Shown here in pieces: positions 10,101 through 24,186 of a DNA stretch of 64,000 bases. The translations under genes and the position numbers were made by a program. The DNA lies in the NCBI GenBank assembly GCA_040954595.2, contig CM082591.2, positions 8,236,047 to 8,300,046 on the forward strand, given 5' to 3'. Source of the stretch: Balanoglossus misakiensis. Lineage: Eukaryota > Animalia > Hemichordata. Within the stretch, counting starts at the first letter, position 1; every line of letters begins with the position of its first letter. The notes below the pieces were generated by a model. It was not told where the DNA came from, searched no databases, and saw nothing but the letters and a program-made list of their open reading frames with translations.

Positions 10101-12644
10101 TTAACCTGAATGCAAATAGACCATATCAGTTTGTTAAAGACCCGCTTTCTGCAGTTTTTGTTTTAGTATTTCTGTCTGTATATGAACTAAAGTTTTTATC
10201 ATACTAACCCTTTATGAATATATCATACTAAAATGGCCACAGTTTGTCCAAAGAGCCTGTACCGGTATATGTGCAAAAATCATTATTATTGTTGATAAAG
10301 GAATTGAATTCAATTCAATATTCTACAATAATATTGGTATTTGTACACATATAGGCTGAACATTTCATCAAATGCTGTAGGGATTTCAACAACAAACTGC
10401 AGTTGATACAAACAACGACAAAACAAGCAGACACTTGCTGTTACAAAAAAAACTTTCGCTCAACTTCCGATTGCATCTGAAGTCACGCACATGAAACCAA
10501 CTGTAGAATGACTTATGACGGCAAACTGGTTGCCTGAGGTTCCTATTCTTCTGCAGAGACCATGTGCATACAACACTCTCACAACTATAGTTGACATTTC
10601 TGTTGGAATAGACTGATTTCTCCCAAAAGAGACATCTCTTTGATTAAGAGAACAACCGGCCTCCATATTTGAAGGAGAATAGTTTAACAAACTCGTGTAC
10701 ATGTAAGCCCTATTGGAAAGACTTATGACAACAAATTTGTAGGTTTCCAGAGATGACAAATCTTTCCAAAGGGGGACATGCAAATCACACAGTATTCACA
10801 TCAGCTGATATTATTTTATTGAAATATACAGATTTTGTGAACTTTCTGAGTATACCAGTAACGTAACTAAAATTGCAAAATTTTAAAATAGTTTTGTGGT
10901 GTTTTTTCAAGTATCTTTAAAATAGATTTGTTATTCATGATGGGACTATGTCACACTCAACAGTGGCAGAAATCAAAGAAATTTACTGAAAAAGCACTTT
11001 TTATGAAGTTTTCATCAGTTTTGCGTTTTTTCTTTGACATATTGTCAACCTTTACAATGTTCATAAGTAAAGCAAAGTATATATTTTGTCAAATAGCTAC
11101 ATTAACAGTTAACTGACTAACAATTCCACTGTTGCCAAGGTGACACTGATAACATGTTGTTTATTGAGTATGTCATGACCTTCTTGTTACTGTACAATGT
11201 TTGTCAGTAAAACATCACAGTGACTTTTCACCGACACAAATCTGACAACACCCAGTTGGGGTCAGACAAAAATTTGGACAGATAACAACGAACACTACAA
11301 CAGATCAACAAAGAAAAATTTGAACATTGACTTGTATCTGTCACTTCTGGACATTTAATCTTCAGTTTTATTCAGTGCCACTAAGTCTTTGATATTTTGA
11401 TGTCAACAGACAATTTTTACTTGATTTTTCATGTTTTTTCAAAGACACGTATGTATAATTCAGCTATTTGACATAACCAGTGCTTTTTAGATCAGTACAT
11501 TTATAGAACATTTCCACCAATTTATTTTCGTGTGAATATGTTTTTAGGTTTTTCTTGATGTTCACTTATAATAGTGTCATGTTACTCTTTTTACTACAGT
11601 TCAGAGTACTTTCGTAACCCTTTCACCCCCATTTCACAATATAAAGGTCCAACACTACCATTGAGAACAGTGGAGTTTGACCAAACCATGGAGATGAAAG
11701 GGTTAAAATTGCAACTCAACCTCAGAGTTCCTTAGAATTATACCACCTGACGTGTGAAAATGTACCATTTTTAAAAGGACATTAACTGTAACTTTGGGCT
11801 ATTCTTTTAGTCTATGTGTTCTGTGTATCAAATGAAATTTTCTTCTTCTAGTCACTACAGCATGCTATAATATACCCAGTATTCAGCTCATCAACAAACC
11901 ATCATCTTTGCTGTTATTGACAAAGGAAATCTGGTGCAGACTTGAATTCCATTTGACACAACAACAATATTGACTTCACACATATAGGCAGTGTTGATCA
12001 GCTAAATACTGGGCATTTCATCACCCATCACGGATTTCCAACAAGAAACTGAGGTACCAGTAGATGGTTTTCTACTCTCATGAACTTTTATTACTCAGAT
12101 TTTCCTGTTTTCAATGACTTTTTTGAACTTTTACAAGAAAGACAATTATAGCGTGTTGTATTCACTTTATCTTTCTTGACTTTGGTTTTGATGAAATACT
12201 TAAAAGTTAATTCCAAATAATCTGGACAAAAAACATACAAGATATTTGGTTAACGATTGATATACATTTATAGCTCACATATCCCAGACGACAAACATTA
12301 CTGAGTTATTTGGTTGACTATATTTTGAACTACTGTATGTTAGTAATCACCAAGACATTTTGTTTCTGTCTATGTGTCATATGAACATTGGAAACCTTCA
12401 CTTTAATTTACAAGCAAACAGCTTGGAATGTTTTGTAACCAGTTTTGAATTCATTTAGATTTCTTGATGAAGGATTGATTCTTAGGTTAAAAGTTGTCTT
12501 GACATAAATTAATCAGTGGACCACAATTTTCATAAATCAGTCTGATTTTTTTTTTTATAACAAAGAATACATTGAAATCACATTCAGTTTGTGCAGACTA
12601 ACATTCAAAACATTCTGTAATGTGCAAGATTATAATATGTGATG

Positions 12645-12650
12645 AATAAA
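12645..12650 (+). terminator. Candidate TRIM poly(A) signal
   Basis: AATAAA followed by a T/GT-rich tract, retained in units 2 (~28720) and 3 (~42949). It would imply a ~3-kb 3' UTR. Confidence 0.3.
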
Positions 12651-12842
12651 CAGGTTTTTATGATTATATTATGTTTCATGTGTTTATATTTTTATAAGAA
12701 ACCCCAAAGTTGGAGTTACTAGAGAATTAACACTACATTTTTGTGGAGAGACTGTGATTGTATTTTGCAATCACATAAGTCAATTGGATCTTCAGTGCAA
12801 ATGACTGAAATTGAAATTCACTTGCTGGGGTTGCAGATATAA

Positions 12843-13062
12843 GGGGAGAACCATTTGATTTCTGGGGGGGGGGGTGGAGGATTTTTGAGGAAAAACATGT
12901 TAGCAGACAGTGTAGAGAAAATAAAATTCTTCTGCAGTGCCATGAGAAAAAACTAGGACTGGCAACAGAAAAAAAAATGCTGTTAAAGAGTGGCTAAGAA
13001 AATGCTGACATCCCCAAATCCTCCATCCCCCCCCCCCCTTCAGAAATCAAACGGTTCTCCCC
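12843..13062. mobile_element. PIF/Harbinger-like MITE (also 28939-29161 and 43148-43375)
   Basis: taa|ggggagaaccatttgatttctg...cagaaatcaaacggttctcccc|taa: TAA TSD and G-rich TIRs. Confidence 0.8.
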
Positions 13063-13970
13063 TAAAAGTTTACAAATGTAATTGGAGAGGGAAACCATAC
13101 ATGTACTGGCACATTTTTTGAAACATAAAAATCAGTATTACAGAAAATCACAAAATCTGGGTCCAATAATGAATAATATTTGTTCCACGTAGTGTAGACA
13201 GAATTGTCACAATACAATCAAACAATGACTCACACAGGAACCTGCAATATAGGCCAACTCTCTTTGACATTTTGTCAAAGTTTGTAATCGTTATCTTTAG
13301 TGTAAAGAATTGTCCATTGTGTGCTTCATAAACTTTTGACCTCAACTTGTGGGGTGGATAAAAGCCCAGCTTATTTACAACAGTGTACTTGCCAAGATAA
13401 GAAATGAATAGAAATTACTGACTAACAATTTAATCAATAATTGTTATCTCTAGAGTAAAGAATTTATATGAACATCAAATGAAACGAAACATGTGTCACG
13501 TTCATATCAGCCGATCATACTTAAGTCTAAAAGTAAATGTCCTTAAGGGAACAGATTTGGGTCTCGTCTGCACTTAACTGGTACCTGAATTTGGGCCGAC
13601 TTGGATTTGAGGAGATTTGCTACCCTTTTGTGACCTTTGACCTTATTTAAATTGTAGATTTAAATAAGGGCTCGCTATTTCTACTGTTCATGGTTTTCTT
13701 GCGATTTTTTTATTCACAAGAAGGGAAAATATTTTAATAATCAGAGACATCTTAACTATTTATTGGATGAGCAGAGGGTACATGAACATTGGTGGTGGTG
13801 GAGAAATAACCAGGGCTTGGCACTTCATGTGAAGGATCAACTAGGCCAACATAACATCATGAATGCGTCCACATACACGAAGTTCATTCGGCCCAGGTTT
13901 TATGTCGGCCCTGGTCCTCCCTTCTCACAGGGACCGAACTAAGGTGCCCCTGGGCCGACTTAGTGTGTCC

Positions 13971-16900
13971 ACATTGGTTTTTCTACATCGGCCAATGCGC
14001 AGCTGACAGAAATGTTTGGTTCTAAAACAGTTGACAACATGTACTGTAAAATAGGAAATTTGTACTTTTCTAGTTTTTTTGTTACCTTTCATACCCAGTT
14101 CTCTCTGTAGATGTCAAACAATATCTTACGAAACAATGGATTTGAAAAGAACAATTAAAGAAACCACCCCTACACACCCTCAAATGAAACTTTTAAGAAA
14201 TTGCCAAGTTGTTCAGGGAAGAAGATTTTCCAACTAAAAATGAGCAGAATGACAAAACAATAACCAAAAATAGCCATTTTCTGATATCACCAAAAAATGA
14301 ATAAAAAATATACATAAGGTCTCAATAAAGTAAAAGTACACACCAATTTTCAATGCAATATGACTTGTAGTTCTTGAGTTACTGTGTTTTGACTAATTTC
14401 ACATTTTTCCAGCTCATTTACATATTTTTGGCAAAGACAACTTCATTTGAACAAAATCTAAAACCTGGCCTGCATCTACACACCAAATATCAAGGTGATA
14501 CGTGCAGCGGTTTTCAAGTTTTTGATGTGGACGGCCATACATACATCCATACATACAGATGCAAGTGATCTCATAAGGTCCCAACAGTCTATAAACATAT
14601 ATACCTAAAATATTTTTAAAATTGTCAAATGTGACTTTCAAATTTAATTTCTACCAGTACCACACAACACGATTATTCCGAGCTCAGTAGTCATGATCTG
14701 ATAAGTACATACCTGGTATTTCTGATATCTATAAATTCCAACAAACCCTGATACACAACTAATGAAAAGACAACAATCTATATATAGGCGTTCCACAGAA
14801 CTGTTGACATGTTCCTGGTACAACCTAGTACCTGTCATTTTAATTACTCCAAGAGGGACACCATGTTTGACAAAGGATTCGAATTTCTACAATGTCTACA
14901 GATCCTCACTGGGCATCAACATGTGACAAAAAAAAATTGCATTGAATTTCTTGTTTCACATCAGAAAGTTGCATGTGGGTAAAAGAGCACTTACAGTTTA
15001 TCAATGATTATCTGTGTTTCAAATACACAGCAGAAAAGTTCTGTCTTCTTGCCATACAAAATTCAAATCATTCATTTTTCTCTTCTTTTTAGCATAATTG
15101 ACCCCAAAGATGTGTTTAGCATTACTATTTCATTTTAGATTCATTTATAACTGAGGCTTTGAAATTCTGGTAGACTGATTTTCAACCTTTATGATTTTTT
15201 ACCCTTACCCTATTGGACTAGAGATCCTGATAACACACGCACAAATTTACCTGTAGTTTGGTGTCTATAAAGTCTGAAGCAGAATGTGTCAAGATGTTTA
15301 TCAAGATGTGTTTAATTTACCTGCAATGAAGAACTGACTGAGGTTGTCAATCTTAGGTTTTTGGAATGTTTGTGGAGCCTTGTTTCAATTTTGGCTATTA
15401 CACTCATAAGGCGAGTAAAGCTTGTTCAATCGATAATCTGTCACACACTCAGCAGTCCTCGTTAAAAAAAGATTAATTACTTTCTGTCCAACCTACTTCA
15501 GTGACAGAAGCATACAGACAATTTTAAAACATGGATTTCAAGAAAAAAATTCTGATGGCATCCTTTGTACATGTTTGAGGATAAGTACCTAATTTGTGGG
15601 ATATATTGTCAACCTTTACAATGTTCATAAGTAAAGCAAAGTATATATTTTTTGTCAAATTGCTACATTAACAGTTAACTGACAAACAATTCCACTGTTG
15701 CCAAGGTAACACTGATAACATGTTGTTTATTGAGTATGTCATGACCTCCGTGTTACTGTACATTGGTTTTTCTACATCGGCTAATGCGCAGCTGACAGAA
15801 ATGCTTTGTTCTAAAACAGTTGACAACATACTGTAAAACAGGAAATTTGTACTTTTCTAGTTTTTTTTTACCTTTCATACCCGTTCTCTCTGTAGATGTC
15901 CAACTATATCTTACGAAACAATGGATTAGAAAAGAAAAATTAACAAAAACCACCCCTACACACCCTCAAATGAAACTTTTAAGAAATTGCGAAGTTGTTC
16001 AGGGAAGAAGATTTTCCAACTAAAAATGAGCAAAATGACAAAAAATTAACCAATAATAGCCATTTTCTGATATCACCAAAAAATGAATAAAAAAATATTT
16101 ATAAGGTGGGTCTCAATAAAGTAAAAGTACACACCAATTTTCAATGCAATATGACTTGTAGTTCTTGAGTTACTGTGTTTTGACTAATTTCACATTTTTC
16201 CAGCTCATTTACATATTTTTGGCAAAGACAGCTTCATTTGAACAAAATCTAAAACCTGGCCTGCATCTACACACCAAATATCAAGGTGATACGTGCAGCG
16301 GTTTTCAAGTGTTTGATGTGGACGGCCATACATACATCCATACATACAGATGCAAGTGATCTCATAAGGTCCCAATAGTCTATAAACTTATATACCTACA
16401 ATATTTAAAAATTGTCAAATGTGACTTTCAAATTTAATTTCTACCAGTACAACACAACACGATTATTCAGAGCTCAGTAGTTGTGATCTGATAAGTACAT
16501 ACCTGGTATTTCTAATGTCTATAAATTCCAACAAACCCTGATACACAACTAATGAAAAGACAACAATCTATATATAGGCGTTCCACAGAACTGTTGACAA
16601 GTTCCTGGTACAACCTAGTACCTGTCATTTTAATTACTCCAAGAGGGACACCATGTTTGACAAAGGATTTGAAATTCTACAATGTCTACAGATCCTCACT
16701 TGGCATCAACATGTGACAAAAACAACATTGCTTTGAATTTCTTGTTTCACATCAGACAGTATACAAAGTTGCATTGTGGGTAAAAGAGCAACCACTCACA
16801 GTTTATCAATGATTATCTGTATTTCAAGTAAACAGCAGAAAAGTTCTGTCTTCTTGCCATACAAAATTCAAATCATTCATAATTTGTCTCTTCTTTTTAG

Positions 16901-19701
16901 CATAATTGACCCCAAAGATGTGTTTAGCATTACCATTTCATTTTAGATTTATTTATAACTGTGGCTGTGAAATTATGGTTTATTTTTTCTTTTACCCGAT
17001 TGGACTAGAGGTCCTGATAACACACGCACAAATTTACCTGTAGTTTGGTGTCTATAAAGTCTGAAGCAGATTAAGTGTCAAGATGTTTATCAAGATGTGT
17101 TTAATTTACCTGTAATGAAGAACTGACTGAGGTCGTCAATCTGAGGTTTTTGGAATGTTTGTGGTCTATTACACTCATAAGGCGAGTAAAGCTTGTTCAA
17201 TCGAGAATCTGTCACACACTCAGCAGTCCTCGTTAAAAAAAGATTAATTACTTTCTGGCCAACCTACTTCAGTGACAGAAGCATGCAGACAATTTTAAAA
17301 CATGGATTTCAAGAAAAAAATTCTGATGGCATCCTTTGTTTATGTTTGAGGATAAGTACCTAATTTGTGGGACATATTGTCAACCTTTACAATGTTCATA
17401 AGTAAAGCAAAGTATATATTTTTTGTCAAATTGCTACATTAGCAGTTAACTGACTAACAATTCCACTGTTGCCAAGGTAACACTGATAACATGTTGTTTA
17501 TTGAGTATGTCATGACCTCCGTGTTACTGTACATTGGTTTTTCTACATCGGCTAATGCGCAGCTGACAGAAATGCTTTGTTCTAAAACAGTTGACAACAT
17601 ACTGTAAAACAGGAAATTTGTACTTTTCTAGCTTTTTTTTACCTTTCATACCCGTTCTCTCTGTAGATGTCCAACTATATCTTACGAAACAATGGATTAG
17701 AAAAGAAAAATTAAAGAAACCACCCCTACACACCCTCAAATGAAACTTTTAAGAAATTGCGAAGTTGTTCAGGGAAGAAGATTTTCCAACTAAAAATGAG
17801 CAGAATGACAAAAAATTAACCAATAATAGCCATTTTCTGATATCACCAAAAAATGAATAAAAAAATATTTATAAGGTGGGTCTCAATAAAGTAAAAGTAC
17901 ACACCAATTTTCAATGCAATATGACTTGTAGTTCTTGAGTTACTGTGTTTTGACTAATTTCAAATTTTTATAGCTTATATACAAATTCTTGGCAAGGACA
18001 ACTTCATTTGAACAAAATCTAAAACCTGGCCTGCATCTACACACCAAATATCAAGGTGATACGTGCAGCGGTTTTCAACTTTTTGATGTGGACGGCCATG
18101 CATACATCCATACATACAGATGCAAGTGATCTCATAAGGTCCCAATGGTCTATAAACTTATATACCTACAATATTTAAAAAATGTCAAATGTGACTTTCA
18201 AATTTAATTTCTACCAGTACCACACAACACGATTATTTCGAGCTCATTACTCGTGATCTGATAAGTACACACCTGGTACTTCTGACGTCTATAAATTCCA
18301 ACAAACCCTGATACACAACTAATAAAAAGACAACAATCTATTTATAGGCATTCCACAGAACAGTTGACAAGTTCCCTGTCATTTTAACTAACTCCAATAG
18401 GGACACTTGACTATTACCATGTTTGACAAAGGATTTCTACAATGTCTACAGGTCCTCACTGGGCATCAACATGTGACAAAAAAAATTGCATTAAATTTCT
18501 TGTTTCACATCACACAGTATACAAAGTTGCATTGTGGGTAAAAGAGCACTCACAGTTTATCAATGATTATCTGTATTTCACATAAACAGCAGAAAAGTTC
18601 TGTCTTCTTGCCATACAAAATTCAAATCACTCATTTTTCTCTTTTTTTAGTATAATTGACCCCAAAGATTTGTTTAGCATTACCATTTCATTTTAGATTT
18701 ATTTATAACTGAGGCTGTGAAATTCTGGTTTATTTTTTAACTTTTACCTTATTGGGTCAGAGGTCCTGATAACACACACACAAATTTACCTGTAGTTTGG
18801 TGTCTATAAAGTCTGAAGCAGATTAAGTGTCAAGATGTTTATCAAGATGTGTTTAATTTACCTGTAATGAAGAACTGACTGAGGTCGTCAATCTTAGGTT
18901 TTTGGAATGTTTGTGGTCTAGTACACTCTTAAGGCGAGTAAAGCTTGTTCAATCGAGAATCTGTCACACACTCAGCAGTCCTCGTTCAAAAAAGATTAAT
19001 TACTTTCTGTCCAACCTACTTCAGCGACAGAAGCATGCAGACAATTTTAATACATGGATTTCAAGAAAAAAATTCTGATGGCATCCTTTGTATATGTTTG
19101 AGGATAAGTACCTAATTTGTGGGACATATTGTCAACCTTTACAATGTTCATATTAAAGTAAAGCAAAGTATATATTTTGTCAAATTGCTTTATTAAGGAT
19201 GTACGTTCAGTAAAATTGAAAGTATTGTCATTTTTTTTAATTGTGGATTTTTGGATTGTCCTTTGTATGTATGATGAAAATCCGTGATAAAATATAGGGG
19301 TCACCGCGCTTGTTTTTGAAATACAGAGCCATGAATTTAGTCGATAATAGAAGAAAACTGCTGACTCAGCAATTTTCGCCAATTGTTTGTCTATGGGCAA
19401 AATTTTTGACGCAATTTATCTCAAAATAGAGCGCGGTGACCCCTATATTTTATTTGACCAATGAATTTATATTTGCTGGACTGAGCTATGTGTAAAATTT
19501 CGTGAAAATGACAATAGTAGAAGTTTGTTTTCTAGCAATTTTCAATGTAATCCTATGGGAAAAAGACCGGGCACGCACTGTTTCCGGTTTATGTTCTGCG
19601 CGTACATCCTTAACAGTTAACTGACTAACAATTCCACTGTTGCCAATGTTACACTGATAACATGTTGTTTATTGAGTATGTCATGACCTTCTTGTTATTG
19701 T
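13971..19701 (+). repeat. ~1.77-kb tandem repeat x3 (unit 1)
   Basis: Monomers start at acattggtttttctacatcggc: 13971, 15760 and 17531. Confidence 0.93.
19197..19609. mobile_element. Kolobok-like MITE with TTAA TSD
   Basis: ttaa|ggatgtacg...cgtacatcc|ttaa. Sister monomers show the empty site attaacagttaa. A related copy is at 5783-6183. Confidence 0.88.
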
Positions 19702-19779
19702 ACAATTTTTGTCAGTAAAACATCACAGTGACTTTTCACCGACACAAATCTGACTACACCCAGTTGGGGTCAGACCAAT

Positions 19780-22002
19780 CAGTCTGCACGATATCCCCCA
19801 ACTTCTGGTACCTATGAATGCTGGGTAATATCCGCAACAAAGGCGTTATCCATGCGCGTAATTGAAAGAAAACAAAAGCCAGCGATATTTGGCGAATTTA
19901 AGTTACGGGTTTCTCGTAAACTAGAAAATGACTTACTATTATGAGGATGGGAGGTGTCGACTGCATGTCTGACGAACGTTGTACAGTAATTTGTTGTTAA
20001 ATATACATTTTTCAAAACATATTTTTTTTACTCTGAATTAAGGTTGCTAAAATTCCTTAATTTGAAGCATACTCGACTTTCAACATTTGTGCTTTTTGGT
20101 CTAAAGACAGGATTGCCGATTTATGTGGATTAAACGTACCTCAGTATGTAAATAAACGAAAATAAGGTCAACTGGGTTCACTGAGCACGCTAGCTGTCGG
20201 CAGAAATGTAGCCAATTTACGTTAGTCGATATTGGGCAAAATCCGAATATTTTGTCAATTTTAGGGCAAAATCTTGGTCTTGGCGTCAACTCTGTGCAAA
20301 AAAAGGCTGCAACTATCATGTTCGGGAAGTCATGGACTGTCCCGGTAAGCGGGTCCTATGATGCTGCCCGTTCTGTAGGAGTCCTCACCGCATGACCAAA
20401 TAGAGAGTGCATTTTCCGTGGGATTTTCAGGCCTCTCTTTGATATGTTGTGCTTTTTGGTCTAAAAATCATATCGGCAATCTTGTATGAAAAATACGCCC
20501 TTCTGATATTACCTTTCATTCCAAAATAGTCAATTGTGCAGTCAAATGGTAAGATGTGCCCGTAGTATAATATAAATATGAGGGAAAACGATAGAAAATT
20601 CTATTATTTTCGAGTCCATTTTATTCGAACGTTTGAGCCGTTAGGAGAGTGCAAACCCCTACATCCAGACATGGTTTACTCCAGGGATCTTTCAGCTTCA
20701 AAATGCAACACTCTCGGTTTGCCACCTACCCAGATTTTGTTTTGACAAACATGAGTTTGAAGACATGCATAGAAAACCATTGATTGACACACGCCGGATT
20801 TCGGTCATGTGAGCATTTAGCGCCGCATTGTCCAATCCAGTTTTATTTTATGGAATGCAGCATGTCATTTGTCACTCCCCTTAAAGTTTTGCGTTGGCAG
20901 ATATGCCCCAATATGGTAAAAAAATGGGCGTAAATGTCAAGTCTGGTGACACGGCGGGAAATTCTCACGTGTGCAGATCAACTCAATAATATTCATGTCA
21001 TGTGATACCACAGAGCTGCGTCTATTGGTTGAAAGTGGCAGGTCATGCATAATGAGCGTCTGTGTACGACAGATCATTTGCTCATTCATGTGAGGCAGAC
21101 TAATACAGAAGTATCTCCTCAGTGTTCTTAGCTAATTGTTCTTTAGTTCGGGTTGAATTTAGAGGTAAACGTATGGCAACTGATGTTTTTAATCACAGAT
21201 CAGTCATAACTCTGCTTGTTTGGGCCATGTTTTTCATCTGAGCCTCCAGAACCGGGTCCACAGCCGCTGTTGTATACGATCGATCGACAAGTGCGCGCGG
21301 TTACAAAGTAGGCATTTTTTGTCTAGGCTAGCGTTTTTTTCTCTCCATTCGTTTTTCTTCATTGGAGAGTTAATTAGTTTCAATAGATGATAATTTGCTT
21401 GGTGTCATATCTATGGTGTTCCATGTAAACCATTTAGGATAAAAATTACATGTTTTAAAAATTCAGTATGTATGCATGCATTGAGTGGTTATTTGAGGAA
21501 CCTATTCAAATCTGGTTCACAGTCATTTCTTTCATTTCATGGCAAGACCACGCCAAATAGAAGAACAAAAAATCAGAAAAAGTTTCAGATGTTCCAAGTA
21601 TAACAGAAAGTGGGTCAGTGCGAGGACAAGAGTCCTTGAAATTGTCACACTTCGTGCCGCGTACTTCGTGTTGACATGAATTTGGCGGAAGTGTAAACCA
21701 TTTGTGTGTAGGGTAGGCAAAATTAAGCGCATGGGTTGGTATGCGTACAGAGGTTGTCAGCGTTCGCAAATCATTGCGAAAATATTTAGTTTGCGTATAA
21801 AGTTTACAAGAATATATCAATTTATGATAAAAACTGTTCACGCAATGTAAAAAAAATAATTGATCTTGATGCGTGAAAATTTGTGCCTACCCATGTCAAA
21901 AATGGTTTGTCGGACGATGACGAACATGCCAATAACTCGATAACAGCCAATCAAATCACTGGTACCAGACACGCCCTAATCGAGGGGTTATCGTGCAGAC
22001 TG
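19780..22002. mobile_element. 2.2-kb non-autonomous TIR element (YR termini, Academ-like by inference) at the unit 1/2 junction
   Basis: Left end cagtctgcacgatatcccc, right end ggggttatcgtgcagactg (19-bp TIR, 1 mismatch). No TSD and no long ORF. Confidence 0.75.
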
Positions 22003-22233
22003 CTGGTCAAAGCTTACATTCATTCTCTTCTCAGTGATTCATTGTGTTCAAGTTTGACCTTTTGACCTCAACTATCAGGTGCTCAGGTGATCCTGGTACT
22101 TGCCGTGTCACTGAATTAAATTGATCATGTGACTGAGGTACCTTGCCAAGTTTTTATACACCACTTAACTGAAACTATAGTGAACAGAGTGTTGCTATAT
22201 GTGATTACAAGCATTTCGACTCGAGCTGCAAAT

Positions 22234-24186
22234 ATGGCTGCTGCGTTTCCAGGAGACTCCCAGTTAGACAAAGTTCTGAACGAGCATGGTGAGGATTTAC
22301 TCTCCTGTGCGATCTGTCTGGAGCTGTTTAAGAAACCCAAAGTCTTGCCATGTGACCATTCATTCTGTGAGTCGTGTCTGACTAAGTTGGCGGAAGGAAA
22401 AGGTCAGTTGAACTGCCCTACATGCCGTGAGGTATGTAAACTTCCTGCTGGTGGAGTGCCTCAATTGAAAGGTAGCTTTTTCATCAACTCATTGGTCGAT
22501 CTTTATCAGAGACAAGGTCCCGAAGGACAGGCCAAGTCTATGTGCAGTGTCTGTGCAGATAATGGTGCAACTCACCAATGTATTGACTGCAGTGAAAGGC
22601 TATGCACTTTCTGCACAAAATCACACCAGAAGTTTCTGAGAGGTCATAAGGTCATGACACTAGACGAATACAACAACACAAAATCGTCAACTCTCCTGAA
22701 GCAAAAAAAAGTCTTCTGCAGTGTCCATCCAGAAAATGTTGTCGAAGTCTACTGTGAGACCTGTATGGTTTCTGCATGCACAGCTTGTGCTATTACCAAA
22801 CACAACAAACATAACATCACAGATCTCCAAGATGCTGCAAATGACTACACCAAACAGTTGAGAGATCTGCTGTGTAAGGTGACAGAAAAAGAATGGGGAG
22901 TAAAGACAAGCACAACACTGGCCAAACTGAAGAGAGAGAAAATGATGGTCGAATGCCAGGAGGAAGAACAGAAAGTGAGAAAGAAAACAGCAAAGGTCAT
23001 ACAGAAGGCACAGAGGGAGGAGAAACAGTTGATTCAAGAACTGCAGACAAAATACGGACAGAGAGTAAAGCAGACGGAGGCTCTAATAGATGAGTGGGAA
23101 CTGAAACATGGCAACATTGCAAGCCAACGCTGCTACATAGAGACACTGATGCATCATGGGACACCAGCCCAGATCATGGCCACCAAGCAGGAGACAATAC
23201 ATCACATGGAGGAAATAATCGCCATGGAAACAGAAATCGATGCCAGAGTGGACGTGGTGAAATTCCAGCCAGCTGAGGAGACCAAAGATGGAGGAATGCT
23301 GGGAATGCTTCGTGAAGATTCAGTGTCAGTAGAGACAAAGAAAGGCTTGGTGAAGACCATTGGATGTGAAGGTAACAAAGGTGGGCAGTTCTATGGCCCT
23401 CTAGGTATCAGTATTAACAGACACGGAAACTTTGTCATTGCTGATGCTGGTAACAAGAGAGTACAAATCACTGACAGGGATGGGAATTACAAATCAAGTT
23501 TCACATTTACTCAGTTTGCACAGCCTTTCTCACCGTTCGATGTTTCAATATCAGCTGATGATGAATACTTCATGACAGATAGGGATAACAAACAAATAGT
23601 TGTGAGTGATGAGAATGGGTCTCTGATCAAATGCTTTGGGAAAGAAGTCAAGAACCCCCTACGCCTTGCTATTAGTCCTATAGATGGAAGTGTGTATGTG
23701 AGTGATTGGGATGGAGAGATTGATGATGACACAGACAAAGAGGGTTACTGCATCAGGAAATACACACGTGATTGTCAGTACATCAAATCATTTGGTGGTT
23801 TTGGCACAGGACAGGGACAGTTCAGAGGGCCTGATTTCTTGACTGTTGACGACAATGGAGTAGTGTTTGTATCAGACAAGAACAACCCTCGCATTCAAGC
23901 ATTTAATGCAGATGGTGAGTTCATGTTTGCATTTGGAGAATTTGGTGAAGGTGATGGTAAGCTTTATTGGCCAACAGGAATAGTGGCTGATAAAGCAGGA
24001 TATCTGTATGTCAGTAACCAGGGAAACAGCAATGTGCAGAAATTTGACAAAAGAGGTAAATTCATCTGTCGCATTGATAAAGCTGAGGATGGGTTAGATC
24101 GCCCACAAGGTTTGGCTGTGACAGATGACATGGAAGTAGTGGTTGCTGACTTTAACAATCACTGCCTCAAAGTCTTTGCACAGTGA
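22234..24186 (+). CDS. TRIM-NHL E3 ubiquitin ligase copy 2 (650 aa, intronless)
   Basis: Intact paralog of copy 1 with the same domains. Confidence 0.95.
   Translation: MAAAFPGDSQLDKVLNEHGEDLLSCAICLELFKKPKVLPCDHSFCESCLTKLAEGKGQLNCPTCREVCKLPAGGVPQLKGSFFINSLVDLYQRQGPEGQAKSMCSVCADNGATHQCIDCSERLCTFCTKSHQKFLRGHKVMTLDEYNNTKSSTLLKQKKVFCSVHPENVVEVYCETCMVSACTACAITKHNKHNITDLQDAANDYTKQLRDLLCKVTEKEWGVKTSTTLAKLKREKMMVECQEEEQKVRKKTAKVIQKAQREEKQLIQELQTKYGQRVKQTEALIDEWELKHGNIASQRCYIETLMHHGTPAQIMATKQETIHHMEEIIAMETEIDARVDVVKFQPAEETKDGGMLGMLREDSVSVETKKGLVKTIGCEGNKGGQFYGPLGISINRHGNFVIADAGNKRVQITDRDGNYKSSFTFTQFAQPFSPFDVSISADDEYFMTDRDNKQIVVSDENGSLIKCFGKEVKNPLRLAISPIDGSVYVSDWDGEIDDDTDKEGYCIRKYTRDCQYIKSFGGFGTGQGQFRGPDFLTVDDNGVVFVSDKNNPRIQAFNADGEFMFAFGEFGEGDGKLYWPTGIVADKAGYLYVSNQGNSNVQKFDKRGKFICRIDKAEDGLDRPQGLAVTDDMEVVVADFNNHCLKVFAQ

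Larger units (their letters stand above)
7397..22002 (+). repeat. TRIM segmental duplication unit 1 (~14.6 kb)
   Basis: Colinear with 22003-37623 and 37624-47478 from ~210 bp upstream of the TRIM ATG onward. Confidence 0.9.

Noticed and set aside
11216-11244. RSS-like CACAGTG...ACAAATCTG repeated near each TRIM copy (V(D)J-like rearrangement?)
   Set aside because: The nonamer matches only 5/9 and needs a 13-bp spacer. The heptamer is mutated in some copies (~25864, ~46089), no 23-spacer partner is visible, and the repetition is explained by duplication.
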